A DNA stretch of 64,000 bases. Origin: Fistulifera solaris (Eukaryota). This document shows positions 9,289-22,347 of the stretch, piece after piece. Numbering within the stretch: position 1 is the stretch's first letter; each line of letters begins with the position of its first letter. Location: contig AP026123.1 of assembly GCA_030295235.1 (NCBI GenBank), positions 1-64,000 on the forward strand. The letters are read 5' to 3'. The position numbers and the translations under genes were made by a program. Under the pieces are notes generated by a model that had not been told where the DNA came from, did no database searches, and worked only from the letters and a program-made list of their open reading frames with translations.

Positions 9289-12038
9289 ATGTCATCGTCT
9301 TGTAATTGCTCGAGTTGCAATCGCAAAGCCTGCGGTTACTGCTATTCATGCCGTCAAGATAGTAACGACGCATGTGTATTTCGTCATTGTCGAAGCGTGG
9401 CTTATTCTTACGATTCGCAAGTAAAACGGCAACAAGAAGCGCATCGTCTCGCGAAGGAGTATCCTTTATTAGAATCTCTGTATCAAGAAGTTTACCTTAC
9501 AGATTGTGACCCGCCTACACATGCCGTGATTGCTCTAAATAGCGTGAAGAACGAAGACGATCGCCTGGTCTTTTGCAAAATGACAGAAAGCGATGCGACC
9601 GATTCGTCGTTCGTAGGTGCCCCTTATGTAGATGAAAAACATCACCAATCCAAGCTATCTCCCTTCAAATGCTACAGTTGTTCCTCTTGTCACCGAGGAG
9701 TCTGCAGCATTTGTATTTATTGCGAGAAACGAGATAATTCAAATAGAAGGACAAACCGATGCCCTTTTCTCATTTGTGAAAACGCATCTTACTCTATCAG
9801 TTCTATCAAGAATTACAAGAGAATGGCGCTACGAGCTGTAAAGGCAAACCCAGACAGATTGAGCGACTTGTATGAGAAATTATATAGTGATACCGGTTTT
9901 ATGACAAAACAACAAACAAAACGCGAAAAGGAGAGACAGTCTTTTCTGGTAAAAATGTGTAGACAAGATGACTTTACGTCTACCGGGCAACGCACAATTA
10001 TGCTCCGCTCGAAGTTTGAAACCAAGCCGAGCTCGGTCGCTATCAAAGAAGAAGATGGTAATCCTTTTTCAAGTACAAAATGGTCCCTATTCGTTCAGTA
10101 CGGAAGCGCAAATTTTTCGAAATTGATCAGCCGCAAGATTCCATTTTGGCCGACCCTCGCGCAACCAACCAGGCTCGCCATGATCTTTGTAGGGAATGCG
10201 AGGGCTGTACAAGAAAGCCTTGCGGTCTTTGCCTTAGATGCACGTCGTCGCGCAGCTGCGTGTTCTGGATATGCCACAATTACGCCTACACTCCAGTTTA
10301 CAAAAAAAGATTGACGGGGCGCATCATGTCTTCATTAAAGCACACCGCCAATGAATATGGGGAGAGCCCACTTCAGATGTCAGCTGATGCTGTGATGGCG
10401 GGTCCGCTGGCCCCTCATCTAGTCCGCAAAGGTTGCCACGAACCTTCTGTACTTAAGTGCGAGACCGCTACTCACACGAAACCAACGGGACGATCCCAAC
10501 CCTGTGGTAATTGCGATGGATGCAGGACCGCAGACTGTGGGCTGTGTGTCCATTGCCAAGGTATGGGTTATGGTGGCAGATACAAATGTATATTCCGAAT
10601 GTGTCGAAATTGTGACTACGCCCCTCGTACTTTAATGAATATGGCAGGTTACGTGCTAAAATCGCTGGATCTTACCCGAGAACAAGACGGCACTAGCCCT
10701 TTGGATTGCTTAACCAAGACAATTATGGATGGTCCTCTTGCTTCCGTTGCGGAAAAAATCTTTGAGGGAATAGCGAGCAAGAAGGCATTTTTCTTAAAAA
10801 GTGAAGCAGCAACGACAAAGCGAATCAGTGCTTGTGGTAAATGTAGAGGGTGTTCAACTAAAGATTGCGGGCTTTGTATTCATTGCAAAGGAATGAGTCG
10901 ACACGGGCGGCGAAAATGTGTATTCCGAGTATGCCACAATATCGAATATGCAAATACATCCATGAGTAGAATGATTGGCTACATCGAACAATCTCTCCCC
11001 CCTCACACACAGAAACGATGGTCCTAGCCCATTGGACAACTTAGCCAAAGCTGTTATGGAAGGGCCTTTTGCTTCGCATCCGCGCAAAATTACTGTCGAG
11101 AACTGCGAAATAAAGGACTCCGACAAAGAAACGAATAGGAGCGGTGTCTCATCCCGCTTAAGACGGAGTGACTTGGAGAATTTTAGTACTTCCACGCGTC
11201 CGTGTGGATTGTGTGCAGGCTGTATGTTAACGGACTGTGGGATGTGTATACACTGCAAAGGCATGGGTCACGATGGCCGATGTAGGTGTGTATTCCGAAT
11301 ATGTCAGAAACGCGACTATGCGCCATCGACCATGATCAGTCAACGATGTTACATACGAAAATCTCTTGCTCTTACCCGTCGAAGGGATGGTTCAAGCCCT
11401 TTGGATAGTATTGCCAAAGCAGTAATGGAAGGTCTTCTGGTTTTACGCCCGCGAAAATATATTGATTTGGTTGACGATGAGGACATTTCGGCATCAGCGG
11501 AAAGTAAAGGGAGCTGTTCATCTAAGAATTCTAACATAGTTCTTATAAAAGAAAACGAGACCGATGGAAGTCCGTGCCATTGGTATCAAAGTTTCTTCGG
11601 GCTACCTTCCCAGGATCTCTGCGTATAAAAGGACTTGGCTGGAATGATGATATGTCTGGGTGGAAAGAATTTATTCTTAGTCTGAAGGCACTCTCCGATT
11701 CCGAGCGAGTATCGGCCATCTACTTTAACTATCAGCAAGCCATCGAGCTGTCCGATGCAGTGCAGCGAAATCACACGGAAATGCAAAAACTTGAACGTGC
11801 ATTGATTGCATCTATATTTCTACTTGTCGGCTTGCCGAGTTCACCCGAAAAGGTTTTGCTCGACAAGGCCCGCCATTCTGTCCTGCTGTATTCGTTGCAT
11901 TTCGAAGACGATCGGCGGTTGATGACATTCTTAACGAGCAACTTGAACTACCAGGAAGACCTTCAACGCCTTTTGAAAAACTCTAAGTTGCAGGAGCTAG
12001 AACCAAGAGATTTCGCTAGAAAGATCCGTGATCTGTAA
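9289..12038 (+). CDS. Protein with six CXXC-type zinc fingers (stitched across about 3 frameshifts)
   Basis: Six CxxCxxCx4CGxCxxCx5-12CxFxxC units across overlapping ORFs 9283-10314, 10080-11027 and 10975-11628, then a helical tail 11574-12038. Confidence 0.75.
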
Positions 12039-12089
12039 ACAGCTTATAACTTTTAAACTGTTCTATAAAAGCCTTAAGGTATTACTTAA

Positions 12090-13817
12090 TTACTGGCGCT
12101 TGCTGACCGTAATGCGATCATCAATTCGTAGAATTGTAATGGCAGCCTCTGTGGCAAAGCGCAATGACTTGATCTTGAAATGGCCGGTTCTACCACGCCT
12201 GCGGCGAGGTTGTCACGAAGTGTACCTTCGAACAAATCCAACCCCATATGATATTTGCCTTGAGCATGGTGACTACGCAATTGTGCGACGAGATCAGAGC
12301 TATCCAAACCCGCATTGATCGCGAGCTGCTTAGGAATCACCAAGACCGCATCTGCGAATTCCAAAAAGGCGACTTGCTCACGTGAATTCATGGTACAAGC
12401 GTGTTCTTGCAAAAAGACACTCAATGCGGCTTCTACAGCTCCACCGCCCGGTACCAGGCTATTAGATTCCAATAAACGTTTGACGACACATGCTGCATCG
12501 TGCAATGCGCGATCAATTTCGTCCAACATGTATTCATTAGCACCACGCAAAAGAACTGTACTGGCACCAGCACCTTTGCATTCATGAAACTGCAAGACTT
12601 CAGTATCGCCAACTTTGACTTCTTGTACAAATTGACATTCGCCTAGGTTCGCTGGATCGACCGATTCGTTTCCTTCCATATCAGCGAACGTCGTCATGAT
12701 GGAGGCCCCTGTTGCCTTGGCAAGACGTTGCAATTCCACCAGAGGTACGCGACGCGCGCAAAGAGCCCCGGCCTCCACAAAATACTTCATAGCAATATCG
12801 TCGATACCTTTCGTGGTCAAATGACCTTGGCTCCCGCTTCCAATATCATTTGAATTTTCTGCTTGACCAAGTCCATCTCGTGCTGCTTGATACGTTCGAC
12901 TTCCTTAGGATCAGTCACCTGCATTTGAACTCCCATTCCCATACGATGACGTTGCAGATTCATATCCAAAAGCGCGATTTTTACACCGTCTTCCAAGTAA
13001 GTGGGCATACCCTGCGCCGCTCGACTGGTGTGAATGCAAAAGCCACGTGGCAACAATTGACTATCTAACGAGCTTTTCCCGTGAACTTTGACGATGTGCA
13101 ATGCTCCCAGAGGATACTTGGTGACTCCATTCTTCTCAGTAGCGAGTGCTTGAACAGCTTGCACAGCCATTCGTGCAAAAAATCCGTCTTCTCCGCCGAT
13201 TAATTTACTGGAGAGACTGGTTCGTGCAGCTTGCATTAGATGTTCATCCGACAAAGACGACGTTTGAACGAGCAAATCGGACTTTTTTAGGTAACCAATA
13301 GCGGCTTTGAGCGCTTGACGATATCCCGTAATGACGGCAGTGGGATGCAGGGAGTTTTTGCTAATCAAATCCTGAGCTCGTCGCAATAACTCGGCAGCCA
13401 ACAACACGACAGACGTCGTTCCGTCTCCCACTTCCTTGTCTTGCAAAGTCGCCAGATCGACCAAAAGACGTGCGGCAGGATGATCGATCGACAGCTGCGA
13501 CAAAATAGTGGCTCCGTCGTTGGTAATCGTCACATCACCGATGTCATCAACTAGCATTTTATCAAGACCAGTAGGACCGAGACTACTTTTGACAATGTTG
13601 GCGACCGCAATTGCGGCTGTGACATTTGATTGACGCACTTCCATGCCTTGTTCACGAGAACCTCCGAGAAACTAAACAAATGAAGGAAAGAACGAAAGAA
13701 AGAAGGTAAGATAATCAACTAAGATTGATGTGCATCCATTGGTCAAACATTTACATTTATTCATAGACTTACCAAGCCTGTTCCCGACGCCGTAGCACCG
13801 CCATAATTACCTGACAT
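12090..13817 (-). CDS. TCP1: T-complex protein 1 subunit alpha (CCT1); intron 13672-13772; two frameshifts
   Basis: [33 protein letters not shown] and VPGGGAVE motifs. GTAAGT...TTTAG intron after [16 protein letters not shown]-terminus [17 protein letters not shown] in a shifted frame, stop at 12090-12092. Confidence 0.96.
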
Positions 13818-14286
13818 GATAATTAATCGCTTGAATAGTAAAATAAAGTGTTTTAAACGAAGGTAATTGAATAAAAAGTAATATAAAAGACGCAATGCTC
13901 ATTATTATTATTTTTGTTACGGAGTATACTGCGGTATTGTTTTGGGCGTTCGTCCGCGAGCCGCGAGTGAGTTTTTTATTGTTGGTGAAAGTAGGCGGAC
14001 GTCGTACAGACCAGGTTTACTCGACGGGCGACTGCAAGCCGCCATTTAGATTCATGCAAGCCGAACCGGGACACAATAAAGTGAAATGTAATCCAGTGCG
14101 TAATTAGTAATTAGTGAATACTTTAGAACAGCAGGCTTCAATAATCTAGCTCTACTCGAGGCTCAGAAGGATATTGATTGATTCATGACTGAAATGCAGT
14201 CGCGGAACATGTCGCGTACACAAAGCTTCTATAGTACTGACAGAAAACAATGGCATGCAAGTACTCCGTAATCTATTTATAATTTA

Positions 14287-14464
14287 TCTATTTATAATAG
14301 CGCGCTGTGTCCGTGTGTGTGTGTGTGTGTCACGTAACGTAACGCGCTCCCGGGTGTCTGAATCACGGGTTTGACGCTATCCCTGGGGATCGAGCCCCCC
14401 GCTTGCGGGAAGGGCGAGAACGAAAAAAGCTTCCCCGTAGGGGCTAGACGCCGAAGGCGGCTAG
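14287..14464 (+). mobile_element. Non-autonomous mini-Helitron, copy 1
   Basis: Starts A|TC(TATTTATAATAG) and ends CTAG|T. GC hairpins CCCC-GTA-GGGG and CGCC-GAA-GGCG near the 3' end, internal (GT)n, no TSD. A near-identical inverted copy lies at 39466-39664. Confidence 0.8.
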
Positions 14465-14683
14465 TAACAATAACATCAATTGAATAATTTTCCACCACCC
14501 TTACTAAGTCGAATGATTTCTTAATGTTGTTGATGTGGCGGACAACTTATACAACGACGGTAGCTAGACAGTAGCCCTTGATTAAGCCTAGAGCTAGAGG
14601 GACTGAGTTCGTAAGGGTCCGCGTTTCACCATTATCAACTCTTTCAGAAAGTCTGACATAAACTAAATAATACAACTAACATA

Positions 14684-16154
14684 TTACTTGAATATAAACG
14701 TAGAATTCGACTTCACTTTGCCTTTCCTGTTTACCCCCCCAGCCTGCTTCAATTGTTGCTTAAAGTTTTGCACTGCCGGAATCTGGTTGGCTACCGGTAC
14801 GCGGACAAAATCGCTGTAATGGGCCTGCCAGTTTTGGTTTTTTCTTGAGCTGATCGGCCTTCTTGGGACGTCCGTAATCATCATTCTCCACCACGCGAGC
14901 ATGTTGGGCTTTCACAAAGTGATCGAAATAGTGTTTGTACGACGCTTCATCGTGGTTCACTCCCAACAAGTTGTCTAACGTCGTCTTTGTGAAAGGAACG
15001 CTTTCGTCCATTGCATCCAGGTCTTCGGGACTCGACGCCGCAACAAGGGGAGCAAATTAAATAGAAACCTTTGGTAAAGGGCAATGCCAGTCCCTGATCG
15101 CGTAAGACTTCCGCAGCTTCGTCCGCAAAGTCGTCGCACTCTGAGCAATAAGGTGCTATTTCCTCGACTTCTTTCATCCATTCGACTTCAGCATCGGTAT
15201 CAGAGCAAGAGAGAAAAGTCATTGGATTCTGTGCCGGATTCTGCCGATTGATTAAAAGCTTAGTAATCCCTTCCTTGGCGAGAAGACCCCCATTGGGCGT
15301 ACCGTCGCAAAAGAGATAGCGCGCGATACTTCGATTTGCCCCCATTGCAAAAGACTCTTGCAATTTTTCAAACACCGGTGTACCTCCCATGGGCCCTCTT
15401 TGGAAGCAGGCATTGATTTGACGATACGCGTCAGCCAGAAACGACTTTGGATCCCGACCTTGTCTCTTCAACAAGACGCGATCTGGGCGATTGAGAAAGC
15501 AAACTTGAATTTCCTGAAACGGAACGTATGCTAAGATTTCCAGCATCTCGTTCAACCGAGCATGTGCTTCTTGCCAGCGTGTTTGCGTCTGTTTCGTGGC
15601 GGTCAGTGTATCCGATAAAAGCGTCATCGAGCCGCTATCATCAATAATGAATTCCAACACCTCAAACTCACTCAACATCATGAGTTTGTTCATCAGTCCC
15701 ATCGGAACTTCGTATTTATTCAAAACACTCCCAAGTTCATCAACCATAGTATCCGGTTGCATTCCAGCTTCCATAGAAATTTCCGGTTCTTGCATCATTT
15801 CAATTGTAGCGTTCGTGCTTTCACTTAGAGCGAATTTTTTTCCCCCGGATGCTACACTTGCCTCATTGAGAGCTTCATGATCTTCCATATTTGTAACAAC
15901 AGGCAACGCAACATTAGCGTTCGCTACCGTCGTCGCCGGCTTTCCTTCTGTTGCTTCTTTCCATTTCTTAAATTCCGGATTCAACTTCATCACACCATCA
16001 ATACGAACATATTTCTTCGGCGGTGTAGAAGATGCACTCCCTGTAAAGATGCGGTTGCTGCTGTCGTCGACACAGCTGGGTTGTAAGGTGGGGGATTGCT
16101 TGATGCCGGAGGAGGAGGATTATTTAGGGCTTGCGAAAACGGATTGTAAACCAT
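14684..16154 (-). CDS. VWA-domain protein with Pro-rich N-terminus (about 3 frameshifts)
   Basis: MIDAS-like FIIDDSGSM, TRWQE, GGTP and YLFCDGTPN. Start MVYNPFSQ at 16154, then KYVRIDGVMKLNPEF. The C-terminus continues in ORFs 14760-15011 and 14684-14902. Confidence 0.75.
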
Positions 16155-16886
16155 TTTTGCTGTTGAATTGCTAGCGGAGTATCAAGGTCCCGAAAAGGCA
16201 GATTCTACTTGTAAATAATGAAGTAATCTGAACTAGGCGACTTGTTTTTATTTTGTAACGAAAGTGTCGAAGTCGAAGATCGAGGAAACGAGAGTTCGCA
16301 TAAACTCGTCTCTCTCGCTCTCTTCGCAACTCGCAACATCTTGCGCAACGCAACAACACTCGGATTGCACTCGGAAGCTCGCGGTCAAGAACGCAAGCCC
16401 AAGACTCAAAAGGCCAAACACGACTAACTCAGCCTACGTTCAACCGTCGACCGTCTCATGAGGTCATGCAGTCGTGACTTTAGTGCGTGCTCTCTTACCT
16501 TACACTCCACGCTACAGATAAAAAGGCGATGAGCAGTAAACAGTGCCACGTAGGCTAAAAAAGTCATTCGTTCTACTATGCAACTTTATACTCCGATTTC
16601 AAAAAAAAATGCTTTTTCTCGTCATCCTCGCAGCCTCGCAACTCTTTTTTCTCCTTTCGTCGTCGCAACAAAGACAACCTCTCCCTCTTTCAACCATCAA
16701 AGCATCACGCGAATCATTTGACATCCATCATCATCACCCTTATTCTTTGAACACTTCAAACGGCTGAAACTTCAAGCAAGCAATCCTATCAATCTACCAT
16801 TTACTACCTTCTTAACAGCGCTGCCTACGAAGTACTCATTGTCTCTCCACGTTTGCTTCCTTTTCATACCTCTTGTAACACACGCT

Positions 16887-18442
16887 ATGCTCTGCATAAG
16901 GCGCGTATTCCTCTTCGGGGTTGCCTTATCAATCTTCCTTGCAACAGGCGATCTTGCTTCTTCTAGCGTGGAAACGGAGTCGCCTTACTGGATTGTAATT
17001 GATGGCGGTTCGACAGGAAGTCGATTGCATATTTTCGAGTTTACGGATAATCGTGTCGAGCGTCGAGGATCTTCACGAGCGAATTTCCCATTGAGCGCAT
17101 TCGGTCGTACCGGAGAGGATCTGTTAAAGCCTTTGAATGCAACAAAAGTAGCAGAGCATTTGTTGCCGACATTTGTGTTTGCTGCTGAAAAATTCCCCAA
17201 CAATATCATGCGTCGACGCCAGTTTATTACCAAGCTACGGCAGGAATGCGTCTTTTAGACGAAACTGAACAAGAGGCCGTGTACAATGCCTTATATCAAG
17301 GACTCATGGAATCGCCCGATTTCGTCTTTTCGAATCTACAACGCGAAAACATTGCTACTTTGTCCGGCGAAGCGGAGGGATTTTATGGAGCTGTCGCAGC
17401 GAATTATCTACAAGGAACAATTGATGTTGATTTGAATTTTATTGCAATAGATGCTGCCCCTGTAGGGGCCTTGGATATGGGAGGGTCGTCGACGCAGATT
17501 GTTTTTCTACCTTCACTTTCGCCGGCGTCATCAACCCCCGACAATTATTGGAGATCTTGTGTCAGTGATGACCTCATGACGCATGAACCGATTCTGATTG
17601 AAGCTGCTTTGCAGGACTGTCACAAGGCACAGTCGAATGAGCTGCCTTCTCGTCTGAATGGACCCGACTTTTTGCTACGTCGTACTTATCCTATGGCGTA
17701 GATCAATTCAGGGAAAGATTATATACTCTCTGGGTCAACGAGCATATGGAAAACATAAAATCGAATGAATGCGGCTCAGGAGTTGTCGAAAATCCGTGCT
17801 CGTTTCCGGGCTATTCTATCGAATGGATGGGGCACACCTTAAAAGGAACTGGAGATGCTGGCAAATGTATCGAGCAAGTCAAACGACTGATACCACATCC
17901 ACATCAGCCCGATCACGATCACAAACTTGGAACGCACGTTGGAGGCGTGGAACATCCGCAAGTGCAAGGAAAGTTCCTTGCCATGTCGCTCTACTTTTTT
18001 TACATTGGATAGTTTGCGAGTCCTTAGCGGGCATGAAGCGTTGGAGTTGTCTTGGCCCTCACCTAGTATCGCTGAACTTTATGACGCTTTGCCGGGACTT
18101 TGTAGTCGCGAATGGCATACTGATTTGTCAATTAATGGCAAGCATGAGTTCACGTCTAACGAAGTATTACCGCACAGATGTTTGGAAAGCGTGTATTTGG
18201 TGACTCTTCTGCGTGATGGCTTTGGCTTTTCGATGGACTCACGGGACATTACCTTCACCTTCCTTGTCGATGGAAACGAAGTCGAATGGGGCTTGGGCAT
18301 GGTACTAAGTCTGCATGCTGCACAGCACGCCCGTCATGAGATGGAGCAAGAAGATGATAGTAATTCGACACATCGTCGGGTTACCATCCCGAAAGTAGGA
18401 CAATATCTTTGGGAATTTCTGACAGAAAACTTTCTCTCGTGA
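16887..18442 (+). CDS. GDA1/CD39 family nucleoside diphosphatase (apyrase), several frameshifts
   Basis: Apyrase conserved regions IVIDGGSTGSR, ATAGMRLL, LSGEAEGFYG, GALDMGGSSTQI and VEWGLG. N-terminal hydrophobic anchor. Confidence 0.9.
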
Positions 18443-19125
18443 GAATTGTCGCGAGTCTTTGAACTGTATAGGTCGGAGTAGAACAGCAGACTGCAAGTTG
18501 TTTTATATTGCGTTACTACAACCACGCAAACAATCTGAGCTCCTAATAACGATGAGTGGCCGATGACGTTTCGGCACTGTTTGCTTCTCTCGTGCACATT
18601 TTGGTCGGGCAAATGTTTGATTAGCAAGCATTCATCCGCGATGCATAATGTTCGAATCAATGAAATTATACTTAGGTCTTTTGTTTATCCGTATACTTCT
18701 CAGATTACCACACGATGATCCAGGTTGGTACCATAGTTAGTCCTTGTTGTAGCCTTTGCCGTCTGTCTGTACCTGGTAACCTTAGTTTGGCAGCCGCATA
18801 GGCCGCAAACTTGATGGTCTGTCCTCATCCCGTCCTCTCCCGAAAGTTGTCGGACACGTGGCACTTCCGGATCGTTTATAAGATACAGCTGCGTACATTC
18901 AGTATAGTACTACAAGTCGTGCGTCTTGGGTCATTTCACGCCAGCCGCTCTTCATCGCCGGATAGGAAGTGACTGTCCGCTCTGATGTAGTCTCGCCTCC
19001 AGCGAACCTCACCGAAAAAGATCGCAAACGCGAAACAATCGATCAGCTGCTGCTGCAGACGAGCATTATTATTGTTGTGCCTCCTTTCATTCAACAATAT
19101 CATTCATTCTAACTCTATTTTTACA

Positions 19126-19779
19126 ATGAAGTGGACTATTGCTACATTCCTCGGCGCTGCTGCTGTTGCTCAAGCCATCGAGCTCACTCCGGAGAACTTT
19201 GACGCCGAGACAGCCGGGAAGACTGTGTTTATCAAATACTTCGCTCCTTGGTGCGGTCATTGCAAGAAATTAAAGCCCGATTGGGACAAGTTGATGGAAG
19301 AATTCAACAGTAATCCCACTCAGCTTATCGCTGATGTTGACTGTACTGCTGAAGGAAAGCCTTTGTGTGATGCTGTCGGCGTCCGAGGTTACCCGACTCT
19401 CAAATGGGGAGATCCGTCGGCCTTGGAGGACTACCAAGGTGGACGTGATTACGAGACTTTGAAGGCCTTTGCCGAGAAGAACTTGAAGCCTGTATGCAGC
19501 CCTGCTAACATTGACTTGTGCGACGCTGACAAGAAGGCTCAAATCGAGAAGCTCTTGGCTATGCCCGATGCTGAGTTGGAGAAGTCCATTCAAGAGAATG
19601 TTGACGCCATGAAGAAGATTGAAGATGAGTTCAACGAGTTTGTTCAAGGTCTACAAAAGCAATACCAAGACGCCACCACGAAGAAAGAGGCCGACTTGGC
19701 TGCCATCAAGGACTCTGGTTTCGGCTTGATGAAGGCGGTCAAGGCGCACAAAGCCAAGGGTGCCAAGGATGAATTGTAA
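19126..19779 (+). CDS. ER-lumenal single-domain protein disulfide isomerase-like protein
   Basis: Signal peptide MKWTIATFLGAAAVAQA, active site FAPWCGHCK, VRGYPTL, helical tail and C-terminal KDEL. Confidence 0.95.
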   Translation: MKWTIATFLGAAAVAQAIELTPENFDAETAGKTVFIKYFAPWCGHCKKLKPDWDKLMEEFNSNPTQLIADVDCTAEGKPLCDAVGVRGYPTLKWGDPSALEDYQGGRDYETLKAFAEKNLKPVCSPANIDLCDADKKAQIEKLLAMPDAELEKSIQENVDAMKKIEDEFNEFVQGLQKQYQDATTKKEADLAAIKDSGFGLMKAVKAHKAKGAKDEL

Positions 19780-21180
19780 GATTGCATTGAAATAGTCTAA
19801 ACAGATAGTCAAAGAATCAAAATAAAAACTTGGGGTCATGACATGTTTGCTAAACGATTCCTGCGCGTGTTCGCTACGCTGTTGTGATCGTAGCTGAACG
19901 TTAGAATCGAAGAGAGAAATATGCGACCTAATATCATTTAAAATGCTAGCCTAGATCCATGGTGCGGATATTGATAGTCGACTGCAGTTGGAGTAAGCGG
20001 GTCGTTGAATTAGTTAATCATGATGGAGATCTGATGTTATTCTTCCGATCAAAGATAGTCCATCAGAAGAAATTAGGCTGTAATCGAAGGACCACCAGTC
20101 GCAGCTCTATTCTCTATGAAGACTCACGACCATCGACTACTAAACAAGACCCTGGTTAAATGTAGAACCCGGGAAACATTTTAGCAATGTTTCTTTGCGT
20201 TGCTGTGGCCATTGCGCGTATCGGCCTGATCAAGTTGTGACGCGGTAGCATTGTCGTTACATCATTGATGCGTATCCAGCTGGAAGCACTTAAGACACTG
20301 CTCTCCTCATTCTAAGGGTAGTCAACTCTACTATATTGCTTACTCCGTGACGTGAACTGCCGACGAGAAATCCGAGCGAGGAATGGAAAGCTTGATAGCC
20401 TTACATCATTTTTTTGGCGTCTTGACGAAACTTTCGTCATTGCCTTTCAAGCATAAATTTTCCCAAGAAACAGATAGTCGTCAAGTCGAATCCCTACTTT
20501 CTCGTAGCGCTCTCGAACCTCAACAATACCACGATAAATTCTCCACAGCACGATGCACATCGTTGTTGTGTGAAAGCTCTGCTAATCGTCATGCTGATGT
20601 TGTCACTTGATTTATTGTCGACAAAGGTAACTTCATATCGACTTCTGGTTTATTATTGGTTTGTTCAAATGACTTCGCATCAGACTCAGACACTGTCTCA
20701 TGTTTATTGCATTCATAATTGTGGTCATCTGTCTCTGCGACCTCACTGCTTGTTGCCGAACAGGGAATGTTCTCCCCTCATGGTCGGGTCGCCTTCGCCT
20801 TTCTTGCCGTTCGTAACCACCTCTTTTGGGAACAAAATCACCGTGTATATTGCAAGCAAAGATTCGACTGCTGTTGATAATAATTGACTCCGTATTGCTC
20901 ATATTTTTCGTCAAAAAAATAATGAAAACCCGTCAGTCCCGACAATGAGTCCCGTACTCGGTGCAATCAATGATGCTAAATACATTTTGAAAGGTAACAT
21001 GCATGGCGAAAATATCCCGCAACAGACAACGCTAAAAGAACACCATAGCACACGTCTTATCTTTGGTGCAAAAGCCACTGGCGGCAATCTTTCTTGGGTT
21101 TGACAGAAAGTATCCGAAACATGTCTCAGCATCTTCATCAAGGTTGACCACGTGACAAGAAAATCGCCAAAGGACCGGAT

Positions 21181-21225
21181 CTCACAGTTGATTGCTACGT
21201 CGATACGGATCACGCTGGGCTGTAC
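21181..21225 (+). pseudogene. Possible degenerate Copia RNase H remnant
   Basis: Reads LTVDCYVDTDHAGLY, resembling the Copia RNase H start (L.VDCYVDADFAGL). Flanking frames are full of stops. Confidence 0.35.
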
Positions 21226-21979
21226 GACGCCGCTTTGCAAAGTTGTTCCGTCGATGCGAGACCACCTCATCGAATCGAGACAAGGAACGGCAATTGTTGC
21301 GTCATCAAGCGACGACCCGGTAGCACCATGAAAGACCACATGCTCATAGAAAGCACCGAGCGCAGCAAACCTTGAATAAAACTCTCTTAAAAACGAGCGC
21401 GACCGAAGGCCCTCCCATAGTCGAACACTACCCATATCGAGTTTGCGCCATAAAGCAAATTTTCGGCGACTTTTCTCAGAAGTCTTCATCAGAATTAATG
21501 AGCGCGAGATAAGACTAGGCTGCTGTACAGTTATCATGACAGATCAGCCTTCAGTCGACACATTTACCGATATTATGACAATAGTCCATCTCGGTACATC
21601 CAAGCGATTCATTCGACAAGCTCGCCTGCGACGAGAACCTTGTGAAAATTTCTCAACACAGATGGCATTCGGAAAGTCTCGCGAGTCGACAGCTTATACT
21701 TTGGATCACAAACTCTGCTTCGGGCGTATAGCAAACACGAGCAAGATTACATCAAAATCGAGGCTTGCAAGTGACAATAAGCGGTATTACAAGTATTATT
21801 GCGTCGAGCACCAACAACTGGGCGACGGGCGTTGAACAGTTTTTTGTCGACATCTAGAAACGAACAGGAGACTGTTCAATTGAATAATTTATAAGGAAAA
21901 GAAATTGACGAAATAATGAAATGAAATGAAACGAATCGAATTGAATGCCACATAATGAAAAATAATGAAAGCGCGAGAT

Positions 21980-22347
21980 TGTTGAATAACCAGTCACGCA
22001 CGTGTCTACAATAAACGGAAAGACATGTGCACTACATATTACATGATACTGAAAACGAGAAGCGAACAGCAATCTACCAAATCCCGAATCCTCGTTATTC
22101 AAAGAACTAACAGCTGCCGAAGGAACCTAAACTATTACTGACAAAGAACAATGCCAGCAGCTTCTGCATATTCTACATGAATCAAATGAGAACAATGAAG
22201 AGACAAACAAGAATTCAAATCAATAGGATAATTTCATTTACTAGCTCATAATTTTAACAAGCAATCCGTTTGCAGCAATCCGTTTGCACCAAGTTAATTT
22301 TGTCAAGCCCAATCCATAGACGGCTCCGGCACCTGTGGATTTCAAGA
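21980..22347 (+). repeat. 5' LTR
   Basis: TGTTGAAT...ATTTCAAGA, identical by eye to 27802-28169. Contains a tandem 14-bp duplication AGCAATCCGTTTGC. Confidence 0.95.

Noticed and set aside
12090..13817. CCT1 (and IRE1, POT1, beta7) as pseudogenes or programmed frameshifts
   Set aside because: Motifs are intact on both sides, there is no shared slippery signal, and indels occur throughout the window. Sequencing error is simpler.
19126..19900. PDI-like gene as a selenoprotein with a SECIS
   Set aside because: The active-site codon is TGC (Cys), and the ATGA..AAA..TGAT stretch in the 3' region does not form the required helix.
20911..21537. 208-aa minus-strand ORF
   Set aside because: No recognisable domain; the opposite strand carries a Copia-like trace.
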